The position numbers and the translations under genes are program-made. Under the pieces are notes generated by a model. It was given only the letters and a program-made list of their open reading frames with translations. It was not told the DNA's origin and did no database searches. Of a DNA stretch of 64,000 bases, positions 47,274 to 57,548 are shown piece by piece. The DNA lies in the NCBI GenBank assembly GCA_025457885.1, contig JALOTN010000004.1, positions 10,875 to 74,874 on the forward strand, given 5' to 3'. The first letter of the stretch is position 1, and each line of letters begins with the position of its first letter. Source of the stretch: Thermoplasmatota archaeon (lineage in GTDB: Archaea > Thermoplasmatota > E2 > DHVEG-1).

Positions 47274-47729
47274 TCACTTCAATGGCATGAATTTAGAACC
47301 TCTGGTAGCTCCTACTCCGGGTCCTGTGTGTTTTACTTTCTTACGAGTCAAAGCGAATTCCCCTAGGTAATGGCCGATCATCTGGGGCTGGATGTTCACT
47401 CGTTCGAAATCCTTTCCGTTGTGAATCAGGATGTTATGGCCAACAAATGAGGGTAACACGATCATATTTCTGCAATGGGTTTTTATCAGATCCCCTTGTT
47501 TTGCGTTCTTCACATCAATCATCAGTTTATTCTCATCCTTTGATAATCCTCGTTTCAGGGTCCGTCGGGACCGTGAGGGAAGCATGGGTAGTAACTCTTC
47601 GACGGTGAGTTTTTGGAGTTCCTCAATGGTTTTCCCATGGAATTGGAACTCCTTTTTTCGAATCTCAACTTTCTTACGGTCTCGTTTCCGTCTGCTCTTC
47701 GCTGCAGACCCAAATTTTATTTGCGCCAT
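47274..47729 (-). CDS. rps19: 30S ribosomal protein S19 (uS19)
   Basis: 151 aa. Conserved core GHNILIHNGKDFERVNIQPQMIGHYLGEFALTRK. Confidence 0.85.
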   Translation of the reverse strand: MAQIKFGSAAKSRRKRDRKKVEIRKKEFQFHGKTIEELQKLTVEELLPMLPSRSRRTLKRGLSKDENKLMIDVKNAKQGDLIKTHCRNMIVLPSFVGHNILIHNGKDFERVNIQPQMIGHYLGEFALTRKKVKHTGPGVGATRGSKFMPLK

Positions 47730-47734
47730 GATTA

Positions 47735-48442
47735 TTACCTTCTTCCAGTTCTTCTAGCAGCAATATTCCCGACTTTCCTACCAGGTGGTGCGCCACGTGG
47801 GACACAACTTGGTTTTCCGACATGCTGGTGGCTTCCTCCTCCATGGGGGTGGTCCACCGGGTTCATGGCAACACCACGGACGACGGGGTAGTTCCGCCCT
47901 TTTCCGCGAGATGCATGCCATTTTTTTCCTGCTTTCATGAATGGTTTGTCCTGTCGTCCCCCACCCGCGGCGATGCCGACGGTGGCTCGACAGAGTGAAT
48001 CGAGTGTTTTGAATTGACCGGATGGGAGGCGGATGATTGTCTTGCGGGCATCATGGGAGATGACATAAGCGCCACTGCCGCCTGCGCGAACCATTTTTCC
48101 CCCGTCACCAGGGGTGATTTCGATGTTGTAGATCGGGTATCCCTCGGGGACGTTGCCGATGGGCATGATGTTGCCTATTTCACAGTCTGCTTTGCTTGCA
48201 GTGAATTTTACTTCCTGCCCGATGGAGGATCCCTCGGTTGCTATCATAAGGATTTTTTTGTTGTTCTGCATTCTGATTTCAGCGACAGGAGCGCTTCGAC
48301 CAGGGTCGTGAAGAAGGTTCTCCACGGTGCCTTTGGTGTTCCTGTCATTAGCGTAATGGATGTTTCCTCGGTATTTGTGTGACGGAACGTTGTATCGTCC
48401 ACGGACTCGTCCTCGTCGTTGTTGGATAAGGTTTTTCCCCAT
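47735..48442 (-). CDS. rpl2: 50S ribosomal protein L2 (uL2)
   Basis: 235 aa, highly conserved (GRNYPVVRGVAMNPVDHPHGGG, GSSIGQEV). Confidence 0.9.
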   Translation of the reverse strand: MGKNLIQQRRGRVRGRYNVPSHKYRGNIHYANDRNTKGTVENLLHDPGRSAPVAEIRMQNNKKILMIATEGSSIGQEVKFTASKADCEIGNIMPIGNVPEGYPIYNIEITPGDGGKMVRAGGSGAYVISHDARKTIIRLPSGQFKTLDSLCRATVGIAAGGGRQDKPFMKAGKKWHASRGKGRNYPVVRGVAMNPVDHPHGGGSHQHVGKPSCVPRGAPPGRKVGNIAARRTGRR

Positions 48443-48453
48443 GGTTCACCTCT

Positions 48454-48717
48454 TTAGAAGACTCCTATGCGCATCCCGAGGTCCTCTGCTTTGTATTCTG
48501 GCATGAAGACAACGGTTGCATGTTTTCCTTTGCTTGTTATCCGTGTGTTGACTGATTTGACTTTCACGGAGAACATTTTTTCGACCGCTTTTTTTATCAA
48601 CGCTTTGTTCGCGGTGCGTCTTACAACGAATTCTAATGCGTTGTTTTTCTCCATGTGACTCATTGATTTTTCTGTCACAAACGGATAGAGAACAATTGAA
48701 TATGGATCCATCGTCAT
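48454..48717 (-). CDS. rpl23: 50S ribosomal protein L23 (uL23)
   Basis: 87 aa. YPFVTEKSMSHMEKNNALEFVVRRTANKALIKKAVEKMF matches uL23. Confidence 0.85.
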   Translation of the reverse strand: MTMDPYSIVLYPFVTEKSMSHMEKNNALEFVVRRTANKALIKKAVEKMFSVKVKSVNTRITSKGKHATVVFMPEYKAEDLGMRIGVF

Positions 48718-49478
48718 TATTTTGCGCCTCCTATTTTTGTTAAAGCGGATTTGGTAAAAATGGTTAGTCTGCCAGCAATCCCGCCAGGGGCGAGAAGCTC
48801 GATGTTGAGCTGTTGTGGTTTGCTGATATCGACACCGCTGAGGTTCTCAGAGCTTTGTAATAATCCTTCTTTTACGGAGACGATAAGGAGGGATTTTGGG
48901 ACTCGATAGCGGCGTCCTCGCATCTTTCCTTTGCCGGCTCGGACGTGTTTTCCGTTTGCGGACCGGAGGACATCTGAGTTAATCCCTATTTTCTCGAGGA
49001 CTTCGATGACCTCTTTGGTCTTCTTGAGGTTCTCAAAGTCATCGTCGATGACAATGGGTAAGGTGACTTTCTCGTCAAATCGGTGTCCTCTTTTTGAGAC
49101 GATTTCTTTCACAGCGGTTGCAGCAAGGGCTGAGTTGCGAGCGAGTTTGTTTTCTTTTTTATTCATTTTTTCTTTCCAGTCCCGTTCGACTTTTGGTGGA
49201 TGGGCTCGTCTTCCGCTGACGACATTGGGGGCAAGAGCTGCGGCCTGTCCTTGGGTTAACCGTGGGACACGGGACATCCCTCTGCCTTTTCCTACGGATG
49301 CGACCGCGTGTCGTGTTCCTGCTAAGGGGTCAGACCCGTAGGGTTGTCGTTGGTTTGAGTGGATGACTTCGAATGATTTTTTTATGATGTCCGGTCGATA
49401 GGGGGTGTCGAAGATTTTTGGCAGATCGATTTTTTCTTTGACGGTTCCGTCTAAGGAGTAGAGGTTTACTTTTGTCAT
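48717..49478 (-). CDS. rpl4: 50S ribosomal protein L4 (uL4)
   Basis: 253 aa, archaeal L4/L1e pattern. The stop overlaps the L23 start. Confidence 0.85.
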   Translation of the reverse strand: MTKVNLYSLDGTVKEKIDLPKIFDTPYRPDIIKKSFEVIHSNQRQPYGSDPLAGTRHAVASVGKGRGMSRVPRLTQGQAAALAPNVVSGRRAHPPKVERDWKEKMNKKENKLARNSALAATAVKEIVSKRGHRFDEKVTLPIVIDDDFENLKKTKEVIEVLEKIGINSDVLRSANGKHVRAGKGKMRGRRYRVPKSLLIVSVKEGLLQSSENLSGVDISKPQQLNIELLAPGGIAGRLTIFTKSALTKIGGAK

Positions 49479-49480
49479 TG

Positions 49481-50473
49481 TTAGGCCCCCTGTTTACTCG
49501 TGGTGGACACATAGGTGATTTCTGCTTTTTGGAATTTCACACCTCGTTGATATCGGACTGCGTCTCGCATCCCAATGAGTCGTTTGGTTGGTCCTGGGAT
49601 GGAGCCATGGATAAGGATGTAGGAGTTGCGTATCACACCGTAGTTCGGGAATCCGCCAGCAGGGGTGATCTCCTCGCCGTTCTCTCCGATTTTCAGGACA
49701 CGTTTGTTGTATTCGGTGCGTTGATGGTATCCCATTTGTCCTGCTTGTGGGACGGTTGCCTGTACCCAGCTGGGGTGCCAGGAACCCGCGGTTCCGATCA
49801 TCCGTCGGTGTTTTGAGTTTTTATGTAAAAGGAGTTTCACATGATGTCTTTTGATGGTGCCTTGCCATCCTTTTCCTTTGGTGATAGCGATGGTGTCCAG
49901 CATGTCTCCTTCTTTGACGACATCGTTTATCTTAAGGTCTTTTCCGAGGAGGTCTTTTGCGTATTTGACTTGATCTTCAATGGTGCCTCCGCCGATTTTC
50001 ACCTCGCTAATCTCTGGTGCTTTTTTGGTTGTCCCAGAAACGAGTTTTGGTTGTGTGTAGACGATAACGCGTATTTCGTCGGCATCCTTTGTCAGGTCCC
50101 AGTTTTTCTCTTTTTGGTTTTTTGCCATGGGGATCCTGCGTGAGAGTTCTGGGTCGAGTTTTTCTGCCCAGATTTCACCAGTGCATTGGAGCCCGTAGGC
50201 GGTTTGATGGTATGCGCGGACTGCAGCGACTTTCATGGGTGGTGTTTCGACGACAGTGACAGCCATTTTGACTTCTCTACCTGAGGTTGTCGAGGTTGGT
50301 CGGTAGTCGACGATGAATGCATGGGTCATCCCGGCTTTGTATCCGAAGAAGCCTTGGATCTTTGGTTTGTCCGCTCCTTCTGCCCAGCTTTTAATGTGGG
50401 GTGTTTCTGTTTTTGCTCGTTTGCGTGGCCAATAACCGTGTGACCCTCGTTTTGGATGGTGGATATTTGGCAT
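49481..50473 (-). CDS. rpl3: 50S ribosomal protein L3 (uL3)
   Basis: 330 aa. HPKRGSHGYWPRKRA...FFGYKAGMTH is the uL3 N-terminus. First gene of the operon. Confidence 0.9.
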   Translation of the reverse strand: MPNIHHPKRGSHGYWPRKRAKTETPHIKSWAEGADKPKIQGFFGYKAGMTHAFIVDYRPTSTTSGREVKMAVTVVETPPMKVAAVRAYHQTAYGLQCTGEIWAEKLDPELSRRIPMAKNQKEKNWDLTKDADEIRVIVYTQPKLVSGTTKKAPEISEVKIGGGTIEDQVKYAKDLLGKDLKINDVVKEGDMLDTIAITKGKGWQGTIKRHHVKLLLHKNSKHRRMIGTAGSWHPSWVQATVPQAGQMGYHQRTEYNKRVLKIGENGEEITPAGGFPNYGVIRNSYILIHGSIPGPTKRLIGMRDAVRYQRGVKFQKAEITYVSTTSKQGA

Positions 50474-50640
50474 AATATATCCTCTGTTTTTTTCTAGTCT
50501 GTATTAGATTGAATTGTTGTTGTGTCAGAACCGTGACATTTCCGAAACAACCAAAAATAGGTGAGGTTGTTTCTTACCGGGATTCTTGGAGAATTGCCCG
50601 ATCGTGTCTGGTAGAGACAAGGAAGTAAGGCATAAAAGAA

Positions 50641-50660
50641 TTGGTATATAAATGTTGTCC
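50641..50660 (-). promoter_or_regulatory. Candidate TATA box (ATTTATATA on the minus strand) upstream of the rpl3 operon
   Basis: TATATAAAT at 50645-50653, ~170 nt upstream of the L3 start in a 420-nt AT-rich intergenic region. Position and identity are uncertain because the region has several AT-rich candidates. Confidence 0.25.
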
Positions 50661-50892
50661 CCTTGAGAGTTGGTTCATGGAAATGGGTTGGTGAGTCAGT
50701 CTGTAGTGTACAATATATATTATGCATTTTTCATGGTTTTGTTTTTGTTTTTGCATATCTTCTTACATTGGAGTGATGTTGGTAATTTACCAATAATTAT
50801 AAATAGGGGCTACACTATAATATTATTGCTGATACGTTGCTTGCTATCATCAGTCAATGCAACGGTAGCAGAACAAAAGGGAGACATTATAA

Positions 50893-51879
50893 ATGGATGA
50901 AAAAACTCAAAAGAACAAAAAAATAATCACAACACTTCTCATCATAAGCATGGTAGGAATCATAAGCTTCTCAGGATGTACCACTCAACAAGAAGCCACC
51001 ACCATAAAAGTCTCAGGAGCATACTCGCTCTATCCGATGATGGTGATCTGGGCTCAACAATATCATAGCCTGCATCCTGATATCAACATCGATGTCAGCT
51101 CTGGTGGAGCCGGAAAAGGAATGGCAGACGCACTCGCCGGTTCCGTCAACCTTGGGATGGTCTCACGAGATGTTACCTCGGCAGAGGCAGACCAAGGCAT
51201 CATCGCCGTCGCCGTCGTCGAAGACGCAGTCCTTGCGACCATCAACACCGAAAACCCGGTGCTTGCGATCATCCAAGAAAAGGGACTGACCAAAGAACAA
51301 CTCCGAGCAATCTTCATCAACTACTCCATAACAACCTGGGGGCAACTCGTTGGAGATATGAACAACACCGACCCGATTAAGGTCTACTCACGATCTGACC
51401 CCTGTGGCGCGGCTGAATCCTGGGTAAAATACCTTGGAGACTACACACAGGACTCCATCCCGACCCGGGAAGAAATCACCAAGGTAAAAGGCGATGACTC
51501 CATGTCAAAATCCATCGCAGGCGACCCCCTTGGGATCGGATACAGCAACGTCAACTATATTTACTCCAACTCCACAAAAACCCCTAAGGACGGAATCGCG
51601 GTCGTTCCTCTCGACCTCAATGAAAATGGAACCATCGATCCCGAAGAAGATTTTTATGACAGCAGAGACGATGTGGTGAACGCAGAAATCCATGATACCT
51701 TACCAGCACCCCCCTCACGACTCGTCTATCTCGTCACCCTGAACAATTTCACTGGAGCAACCAAAGACTTCGTCCAATGGATTCTCACGGATGGACAACA
51801 ATACACGTTTGACAATGGATATGGAGCAGTACCAACCGACATACTCGACGACCAAATTCAGATCCTCGAAGGCACCTAA
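50893..51879 (+). CDS. pstS: Phosphate ABC transporter substrate-binding protein
   Basis: 328 aa. Lipoprotein-like N-terminus (SGC), then PstS fold motifs (SGAYSLYP...SSGGAGKGMADALAGSVNLGMVSRD). Confidence 0.8.
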   Translation: MDEKTQKNKKIITTLLIISMVGIISFSGCTTQQEATTIKVSGAYSLYPMMVIWAQQYHSLHPDINIDVSSGGAGKGMADALAGSVNLGMVSRDVTSAEADQGIIAVAVVEDAVLATINTENPVLAIIQEKGLTKEQLRAIFINYSITTWGQLVGDMNNTDPIKVYSRSDPCGAAESWVKYLGDYTQDSIPTREEITKVKGDDSMSKSIAGDPLGIGYSNVNYIYSNSTKTPKDGIAVVPLDLNENGTIDPEEDFYDSRDDVVNAEIHDTLPAPPSRLVYLVTLNNFTGATKDFVQWILTDGQQYTFDNGYGAVPTDILDDQIQILEGT

Positions 51880-51930
51880 GAAAGGATATTTAAAGCCCTT
51901 AATATATCAAAATAAAAAAACAGGATACTT

Positions 51931-52989
51931 ATGTCCCCCAGCACCCTTAACGACCTATTTAAAAATAAAGTAGTGCTAGGAGGCATAGTATCTCTTCTTC
52001 TTTCAATACTCTCACTTTTCGTGCTGAACAATCTTGTCTTTTTTGTGGTGTTCCTGGTCATATTCATCATTCTACTCCTCTTTAACTTCATCAAAATCAC
52101 CAGAAAACTCTACGATACCCTTGGCTCACGCCTGATGCTGTTCGTCACTGCCTCCATCATATTTCTCTTCTTCCTTCTCCTTATCATCCTCATCCAAGGA
52201 TCCCTGCGCATCCTCTCAGAGGAATCCCTTCCGAGCCTCCTTTTCTCCTCAACATGGAAACCCTTCTCCGGGGAATTCGGCCTGTTTGCTGTTATCATTG
52301 ACACCCTCATCGTCACCGCGATTTCCATGCTTATCGCCGTTCCCATCTCCCTGCTTAGCGCGATTTACATCGCAGAATACGCTCCAAAGAAATTCAAAAA
52401 CATCGTCAGACCATTCATCGACGTCCTCGCAGGAGTACCCTCTGTCGTCTTCGGTCTCTGTGCCCTACTGGTGTTCGTCCCTATCGTCCGAGATGACATC
52501 GCCCCGTTCTTCGGCAGCAACATCAGCTCCGGTTTTAGTCTCTTTACCGCAGCATTGATACTCGCCATCATGGTCTTTCCCATCATCATCTCCTTATGCC
52601 TTGAATCATTCAACTCCATCCCCATCGCCCTCAAAGAAGCATCACTCTCTGTGGGAGCCACCAAATGGGAGACTGTGAAAAAAGTCATCTTCCGCGCCTC
52701 CGGCCCCGGGATACTTGCCGCAATCTTCCTAGGATTCGGCAGAGCATTTGGTGAAACCATCGCGGTTAGCATGGTGATCGGCAACCAAGAGCTCATCCCC
52801 AGTTCACTCTTCGGACCCGGTCAGACGCTTGCTTCCCTCATCGCTTCTAACTACACCGAGGTAAGCTCCATTCCGATTCTTGCGAGCGCCCTTATCTTCG
52901 TCGCCTTACTCCTTTTTATTGTCGTACTCATCTTCAATCTCCTTGGATACCTCGTCCTCCGAAGAGCCAGTAAGAGGTGGAAGTATTGA
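51931..52989 (+). CDS. pstC: Phosphate ABC transporter permease PstC
   Basis: 352 aa, multi-TM, ABC permease EAA-like loop (EASLSVGATKWETVKKVIFRASGPGI). Confidence 0.8.
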   Translation: MSPSTLNDLFKNKVVLGGIVSLLLSILSLFVLNNLVFFVVFLVIFIILLLFNFIKITRKLYDTLGSRLMLFVTASIIFLFFLLLIILIQGSLRILSEESLPSLLFSSTWKPFSGEFGLFAVIIDTLIVTAISMLIAVPISLLSAIYIAEYAPKKFKNIVRPFIDVLAGVPSVVFGLCALLVFVPIVRDDIAPFFGSNISSGFSLFTAALILAIMVFPIIISLCLESFNSIPIALKEASLSVGATKWETVKKVIFRASGPGILAAIFLGFGRAFGETIAVSMVIGNQELIPSSLFGPGQTLASLIASNYTEVSSIPILASALIFVALLLFIVVLIFNLLGYLVLRRASKRWKY

Positions 52990-53840
52990 ATAGAAGAAGA
53001 AACATAGAAGAAAAAATATTCATCGGTCTTATGCTTGCTTCCGTGTTCATCGTCATGGGCAGTCTCATCCTAATAGTTGGCGTTATCGTCTTCAACGGAG
53101 CACCATCCCTTTCTCTTCAAATACTCACCCAGACCTCCGAAGGAGGATTCTACCTTGGAGCAGGCGGAGGGTTTCTCAATGCTATCGTCGGATCACTCCT
53201 TCTGGCCCTCCCCGCCACAGGACTTGCCTTCATCATCGGCATCGCTATCGCATTATATCTTCAGAAGGACTTCCTCAACCCAAGCATCGCTAACTTTATC
53301 CGCATCTGCCTGGACATCCTCTGGGGCGTCCCCTCCGTCGTCTACGGAGTGTTCTGCCTCACCATCATGATCGCAATAGGCATGACTGGAGGATCCGTCC
53401 TCTTTGGAATTATCGCTCTCACCCTCCTTGAAATCCCTATCATCACTCGCAGCATCGACGAATCTATTAAAATGGTCCCCGCCGGATTGAAAGAAACTGC
53501 GTATTCCTTAGGATCTACAAAAGTCGAAACCGCGATGAAAGTAGTCCGACGACAAGCCATGCCAGGGATCATCGCTGGTGTGCTCCTCGGGTTTGGACGA
53601 GGAATCGGTGATGCAGCATCGATACTCCTGACTGTCGGGGATTCGAATTATTTCCCAACATCACTGTCAGATCAGACTGCAGCACTTCCCACCATGATTC
53701 TTAACCTCGTCAGCATGCCTGACCAGGTGGTTCAAAACAAGGCATACGCCGTCGCCTTCGTCTTACTTATGATCGTCTTACTCATCAGCATCATCACACG
53801 ATACTTAACCAAAAAATCATCAAAACATATCATCAAATAA
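52977..53840 (+). CDS. pstA: Phosphate ABC transporter permease PstA
   Basis: 287 aa, multi-TM, EAA-like loop (ETAYSLGSTKVETAMKVVRRQAMPGI). Overlaps pstC. Confidence 0.8.
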   Translation: MEVLNRRRNIEEKIFIGLMLASVFIVMGSLILIVGVIVFNGAPSLSLQILTQTSEGGFYLGAGGGFLNAIVGSLLLALPATGLAFIIGIAIALYLQKDFLNPSIANFIRICLDILWGVPSVVYGVFCLTIMIAIGMTGGSVLFGIIALTLLEIPIITRSIDESIKMVPAGLKETAYSLGSTKVETAMKVVRRQAMPGIIAGVLLGFGRGIGDAASILLTVGDSNYFPTSLSDQTAALPTMILNLVSMPDQVVQNKAYAVAFVLLMIVLLISIITRYLTKKSSKHIIK

Positions 53841-53868
53841 AAAAAATATTCATAAGAAGGAATCAACC

Positions 53869-54636
53869 ATGGAGAACCCCAAGACAATCCAAATAGAGAC
53901 CAAGGCGTTAAATGTCGCCATCCACAACAACCAGGTGTTGAAAAACATCGACATTCAGATACCCGCCAAGCAACTCACCGCCATCATCGGTCCATCTGGA
54001 TGTGGAAAAACCACGCTACTCAAATCATTCAACAGACTCCTGGAGATCCAGGACGGCATCAAGATAGAAGGCGAGATTGTCGTCGATGGCATCAACATCA
54101 TGTCCAGCGGCCTTAACGTCCCGGACATCCGGAAAAAAATGGGGCTCATCTCCCAAAAACCCTACCCCTTACCCATGTCCATATTTGAAAACGTCGCTTA
54201 TGGACTGCGCATCCACCATGACAAGAACCAAAAGGAACTCGCAGAGGCAGTACAAAACTGCCTTCAAGAAGTCGGACTCTGGAGCGAAGTCAAAGACCGA
54301 CTCCATGACCCTGCCTCACGATTATCCGTCGGACAGCAACAACGATTATGCCTCGCCAGAGCCATCGCTGTACAACCAGAGGTCATCTTATGCGATGAAC
54401 CTACCTCCGCTCTTGACCCTATCGCCGCCCAACAAATCGAAAAACTCCTCCTAAAACTCAAGAAGGACTTCACCGTCATCCTTGTGACCCATACCCTCCG
54501 ACAGGCCAAACGGGTCGCGGACCATGTCATCTTCCTGTATTTCGGTAAGGTCGTTGAACAGGGAACTGCCGCTGAATTTTTCAACAACCCCAAAAACCCT
54601 GAGACAAAAGCCTATCTTGCAGGAGAAATAAGTTAA
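53869..54636 (+). CDS. pstB: Phosphate ABC transporter ATP-binding protein PstB
   Basis: 255 aa. Walker A GPSGCGKTT, ABC signature LSVGQQQRL, Walker B ILCDEPTSALD. Confidence 0.9.
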   Translation: MENPKTIQIETKALNVAIHNNQVLKNIDIQIPAKQLTAIIGPSGCGKTTLLKSFNRLLEIQDGIKIEGEIVVDGINIMSSGLNVPDIRKKMGLISQKPYPLPMSIFENVAYGLRIHHDKNQKELAEAVQNCLQEVGLWSEVKDRLHDPASRLSVGQQQRLCLARAIAVQPEVILCDEPTSALDPIAAQQIEKLLLKLKKDFTVILVTHTLRQAKRVADHVIFLYFGKVVEQGTAAEFFNNPKNPETKAYLAGEIS

Positions 54637-54675
54637 AGAACATCAATTAACAGAAACCACCGAGCGTGAAATACC

Positions 54676-54864
54676 ATGAAAATCGATCTGGAATCCGTGA
54701 AATGCATCAAAGAAACCGCAATCACCATCCGTGGATCCCGCCGACGAATCACCGTTCCCTCCGAAGTCGTCGAACTGCTCAAACTCAAAGATGGTGATAA
54801 ACTCAAATGGATTGTCCTTACAGATCGGACAATCACCCTCTCAAAAGTAAATAATAAAAAATAA
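54676..54864 (+). CDS. AbrB/SpoVT-type small DNA-binding protein
   Basis: 62 aa. RRRITVPSEVVELLKLKDGDKL matches the swapped-hairpin AbrB-family motif. Located directly after pstB. Confidence 0.4.
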   Translation: MKIDLESVKCIKETAITIRGSRRRITVPSEVVELLKLKDGDKLKWIVLTDRTITLSKVNNKK

Positions 54865-54891
54865 AAAAAAAGATAGATCTTTGTTTTCCAG

Positions 54892-55542
54892 TTAAGCGGT
54901 ATCGAGCTCTTTTCCGTAGGCGTGTTTCGGTGTAATCCCACTAGCGATCCCTGCGGCCACCGCTATTTTTACGGTATCACCGATAATGAACGGGATCAGA
55001 CCCATAAGGAGCAACCCTCCGAGATCCACTGGTGTACCACTCAAGGACAACCACCCATACAGCTGTAATAACCCAAAGCCGAAAACAATCCCAAAATTCG
55101 CAAAAAACATCAAAGCAAACATCGCCCAATACTTCCGAGAACGGACATAGGTATCCACACAATATCCCAGGAAGAAGGCAGCAAGAACAAACCCAATCAG
55201 ATACCCACCAGTAGGCCCAGCGAGATACGCAAGTCCACCATTCATACCAGCGAACCAGGGGACTCCGGCAAGACCCACACCAAGATAAATACTTTGGCTA
55301 ACGCCACCCCACCATTTTCCAAGAATCACGGCACTGAGAACCACTGCAAACGTCTGACCGGTCAGAGGAACAGGTGATCCAGGGATATAAAACCGCAGCT
55401 GAGCAAGCAAAGCGGTAAGACAAGCAAAGCTCACGGCAAGGATAACCTTGTTATACAATTCAAGTTGATAACGCCATTTAAAAAACGCGTACCGAGCATG
55501 TTTGTATTTATTTACATACATGGTTATTTCCATAGAAATCAA
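54892..55542 (-). CDS. bioY: BioY-family biotin ECF transporter S component
   Basis: 216 aa. PVPLTGQTFAVVLSAVILG...LAGPTGGYLIGFVLAA is the BioY signature. Confidence 0.75.
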   Translation of the reverse strand: MISMEITMYVNKYKHARYAFFKWRYQLELYNKVILAVSFACLTALLAQLRFYIPGSPVPLTGQTFAVVLSAVILGKWWGGVSQSIYLGVGLAGVPWFAGMNGGLAYLAGPTGGYLIGFVLAAFFLGYCVDTYVRSRKYWAMFALMFFANFGIVFGFGLLQLYGWLSLSGTPVDLGGLLLMGLIPFIIGDTVKIAVAAGIASGITPKHAYGKELDTA

Positions 55543-55745
55543 CCTCTTTTTAGATAGAAAGTCAAGAGGTGTAACAAATACTGCTAAAAGAAGTTTTTGC
55601 CTCTTTTTCCGATATTTCTTAAAAACTCTAGGAGAAAAATCTGAAACAAAAACTCATCTTATCACAATCCTTTTTTAAAAAAACTTTCGCTCCTTCATCC
55701 CCTGAAGAGAAACATAATTAAAGAAATCCTACTATACGACTGCCT

Positions 55746-57014
55746 ATGTTTCAAGTACCACGAGGAACCAGAGACTTTACTCCAGAAGAAATGCAAAAAC
55801 GACGCTACCTAGAACATACCATGGCTACCACATTCACCTCCTTTGGGTACGGCGAAATCCAGACCCCTACCTTCGAAAACCAAGAACTCTTCACCGCAAA
55901 ATCCGGGGAATCTATCATCAATGAACTATACGCATTCAACGATAAAGGAGGCAGAGCACTTGCATTACGACCTGAGTTGACCGCACCAGTCATCCGCTGC
56001 TACGTTGAACGATTACAAATGGAACCCAAACCACTCAAACTCTACTACTTTGGAAACTGCTACCGATACGACCGACCACAGAAGGGACGATACCGGGAGT
56101 TCCAACAAGCGGGCTGTGAGCTCATCGGAACAGATACTCACGAAGCCACCGCTGAGTTACTCGCCCTCGCGTACACCATACTGAAAAACACAGGATTAAA
56201 AGACATCCACCTCAATATCGGCAACCTCACTATCATCAGTGCTATCTTCAGAAAACTTCATCTCCTCAAAGACGACCAAAAGATGATTCTCCCCTTGATC
56301 GACAAATCCCAATTCGATGACCTACAAATAGCGCTCCGAGATTGTAACGTCTCCGAGGAGATGATCACAACATTCCTTGATGTCCTCCAAACATCTGATA
56401 TCACCAAAATCCGTGCATTCATCGGTGATGATGCAGAAGCCAACACAGAACTATCCTCCCTGGAAACCATCCTTGATCTACTCAGAGACGCATTCCACAT
56501 CCCTGATTATGTCATCAAACTCAGTATCGTCCGAGGGTTGGATTATTACAAAGGCTTGGTCTTTGAAATCGACGCACCCGCCCTTGGGGCTGAAAAACAG
56601 CTCTGCGGAGGAGGCTCCTACGATTTAATCAGCTTATTTGGTGGAACAGCTGTCCCCACATCGGGATTCGCCATCGGATTTGACAGAACACTCCTGGCAT
56701 TAGAAGAGGAAGGTTTTCAATTTCCCACACCCAAACTTGACGTATTCGTCATCCCAGTCAATCCAACAATGAACAATACTGTAATACAGATCACCCAAAA
56801 GTTACGTTCGTTAGGGATCTCAGCGGATTTTGATCAACTCAGACGAGGAATCGGAAAATCCCTTAAATACGCGGATGCCAAACATGCAGAAAAGGTTATC
56901 ATCGTCGGGCCCAAAGAACTCGAGAACAACACTGTTACCATACGCAATATGAAAACCGGCGCCCAAGAGGTCGTCACTCTGAACGATATCTACACAAAAT
57001 TACAAAAAAGCTAA
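55746..57014 (+). CDS. hisS: Histidyl-tRNA synthetase
   Basis: 422 aa. VPRGTRDFTPEE (motif 1 region), class II aaRS core, C-terminal anticodon-binding domain. Confidence 0.9.
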   Translation: MFQVPRGTRDFTPEEMQKRRYLEHTMATTFTSFGYGEIQTPTFENQELFTAKSGESIINELYAFNDKGGRALALRPELTAPVIRCYVERLQMEPKPLKLYYFGNCYRYDRPQKGRYREFQQAGCELIGTDTHEATAELLALAYTILKNTGLKDIHLNIGNLTIISAIFRKLHLLKDDQKMILPLIDKSQFDDLQIALRDCNVSEEMITTFLDVLQTSDITKIRAFIGDDAEANTELSSLETILDLLRDAFHIPDYVIKLSIVRGLDYYKGLVFEIDAPALGAEKQLCGGGSYDLISLFGGTAVPTSGFAIGFDRTLLALEEEGFQFPTPKLDVFVIPVNPTMNNTVIQITQKLRSLGISADFDQLRRGIGKSLKYADAKHAEKVIIVGPKELENNTVTIRNMKTGAQEVVTLNDIYTKLQKS

Positions 57015-57032
57015 TCCCTCCTAGGATATCAC

Positions 57033-57548
57033 ATGAAAAAGAAATTTTTTATCATTGACACCTCAGCCATTCTCTCTGGAAAACCACTCTCCTTCCCTGA
57101 TGCTACCATTATCACCTCACCAGGCGTCTCCGATGAATTTCATCCAGGAGGAAGAGATTTTCAACGATTTGAACTCCTCAAAGAAACAGGGTTAAGTATT
57201 CAAATGCCCACAAAAGACTCACTAAAAATGGTTAAACAAACAGCACAAAAAACTGGTGACGACCGACGATTATCCCCTGCTGACATTGAAATAATCGCAC
57301 TTGCCCTGGATATCAACAGAGAAGAGGGGCAAGAAGCGACTCTTCTGAGTGATGATTATTCCGTTCAAAATATCGCTTCAACCCTTCAAATAAACTACCA
57401 AGGGCTTGTACAAAAAGGAATAACAAAAAAGTTTAAATGGGTCTCTCGTTGTCCAGGGTGCGGAAAACAATTCAATGAGATAAAAAAAATCTGTCCTATC
57501 TGTGGGACCGAGACAAAAAACCATCTTTCACAGAAAAAAAAACTTTGA
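57033..57548 (+). CDS. Nob1-like PIN-domain endonuclease with C-terminal zinc ribbon
   Basis: 171 aa. PIN N-terminus (FFIIDTSAIL), then CPGCGKQ...CPICG, matching archaeal Nob1 architecture. Confidence 0.55.
   Translation: MKKKFFIIDTSAILSGKPLSFPDATIITSPGVSDEFHPGGRDFQRFELLKETGLSIQMPTKDSLKMVKQTAQKTGDDRRLSPADIEIIALALDINREEGQEATLLSDDYSVQNIASTLQINYQGLVQKGITKKFKWVSRCPGCGKQFNEIKKICPICGTETKNHLSQKKKL

Noticed and set aside
50474-50892. 420-nt intergenic region between the rpl3 operon and pstS, examined for tRNA/ncRNA
   Set aside because: No T-loop (GTTCRANYC) or D-loop consensus, and no convincing cloverleaf. The region is AT-rich with several TATA-like runs, consistent with divergent promoters. An ncRNA cannot be excluded but is unsupported.
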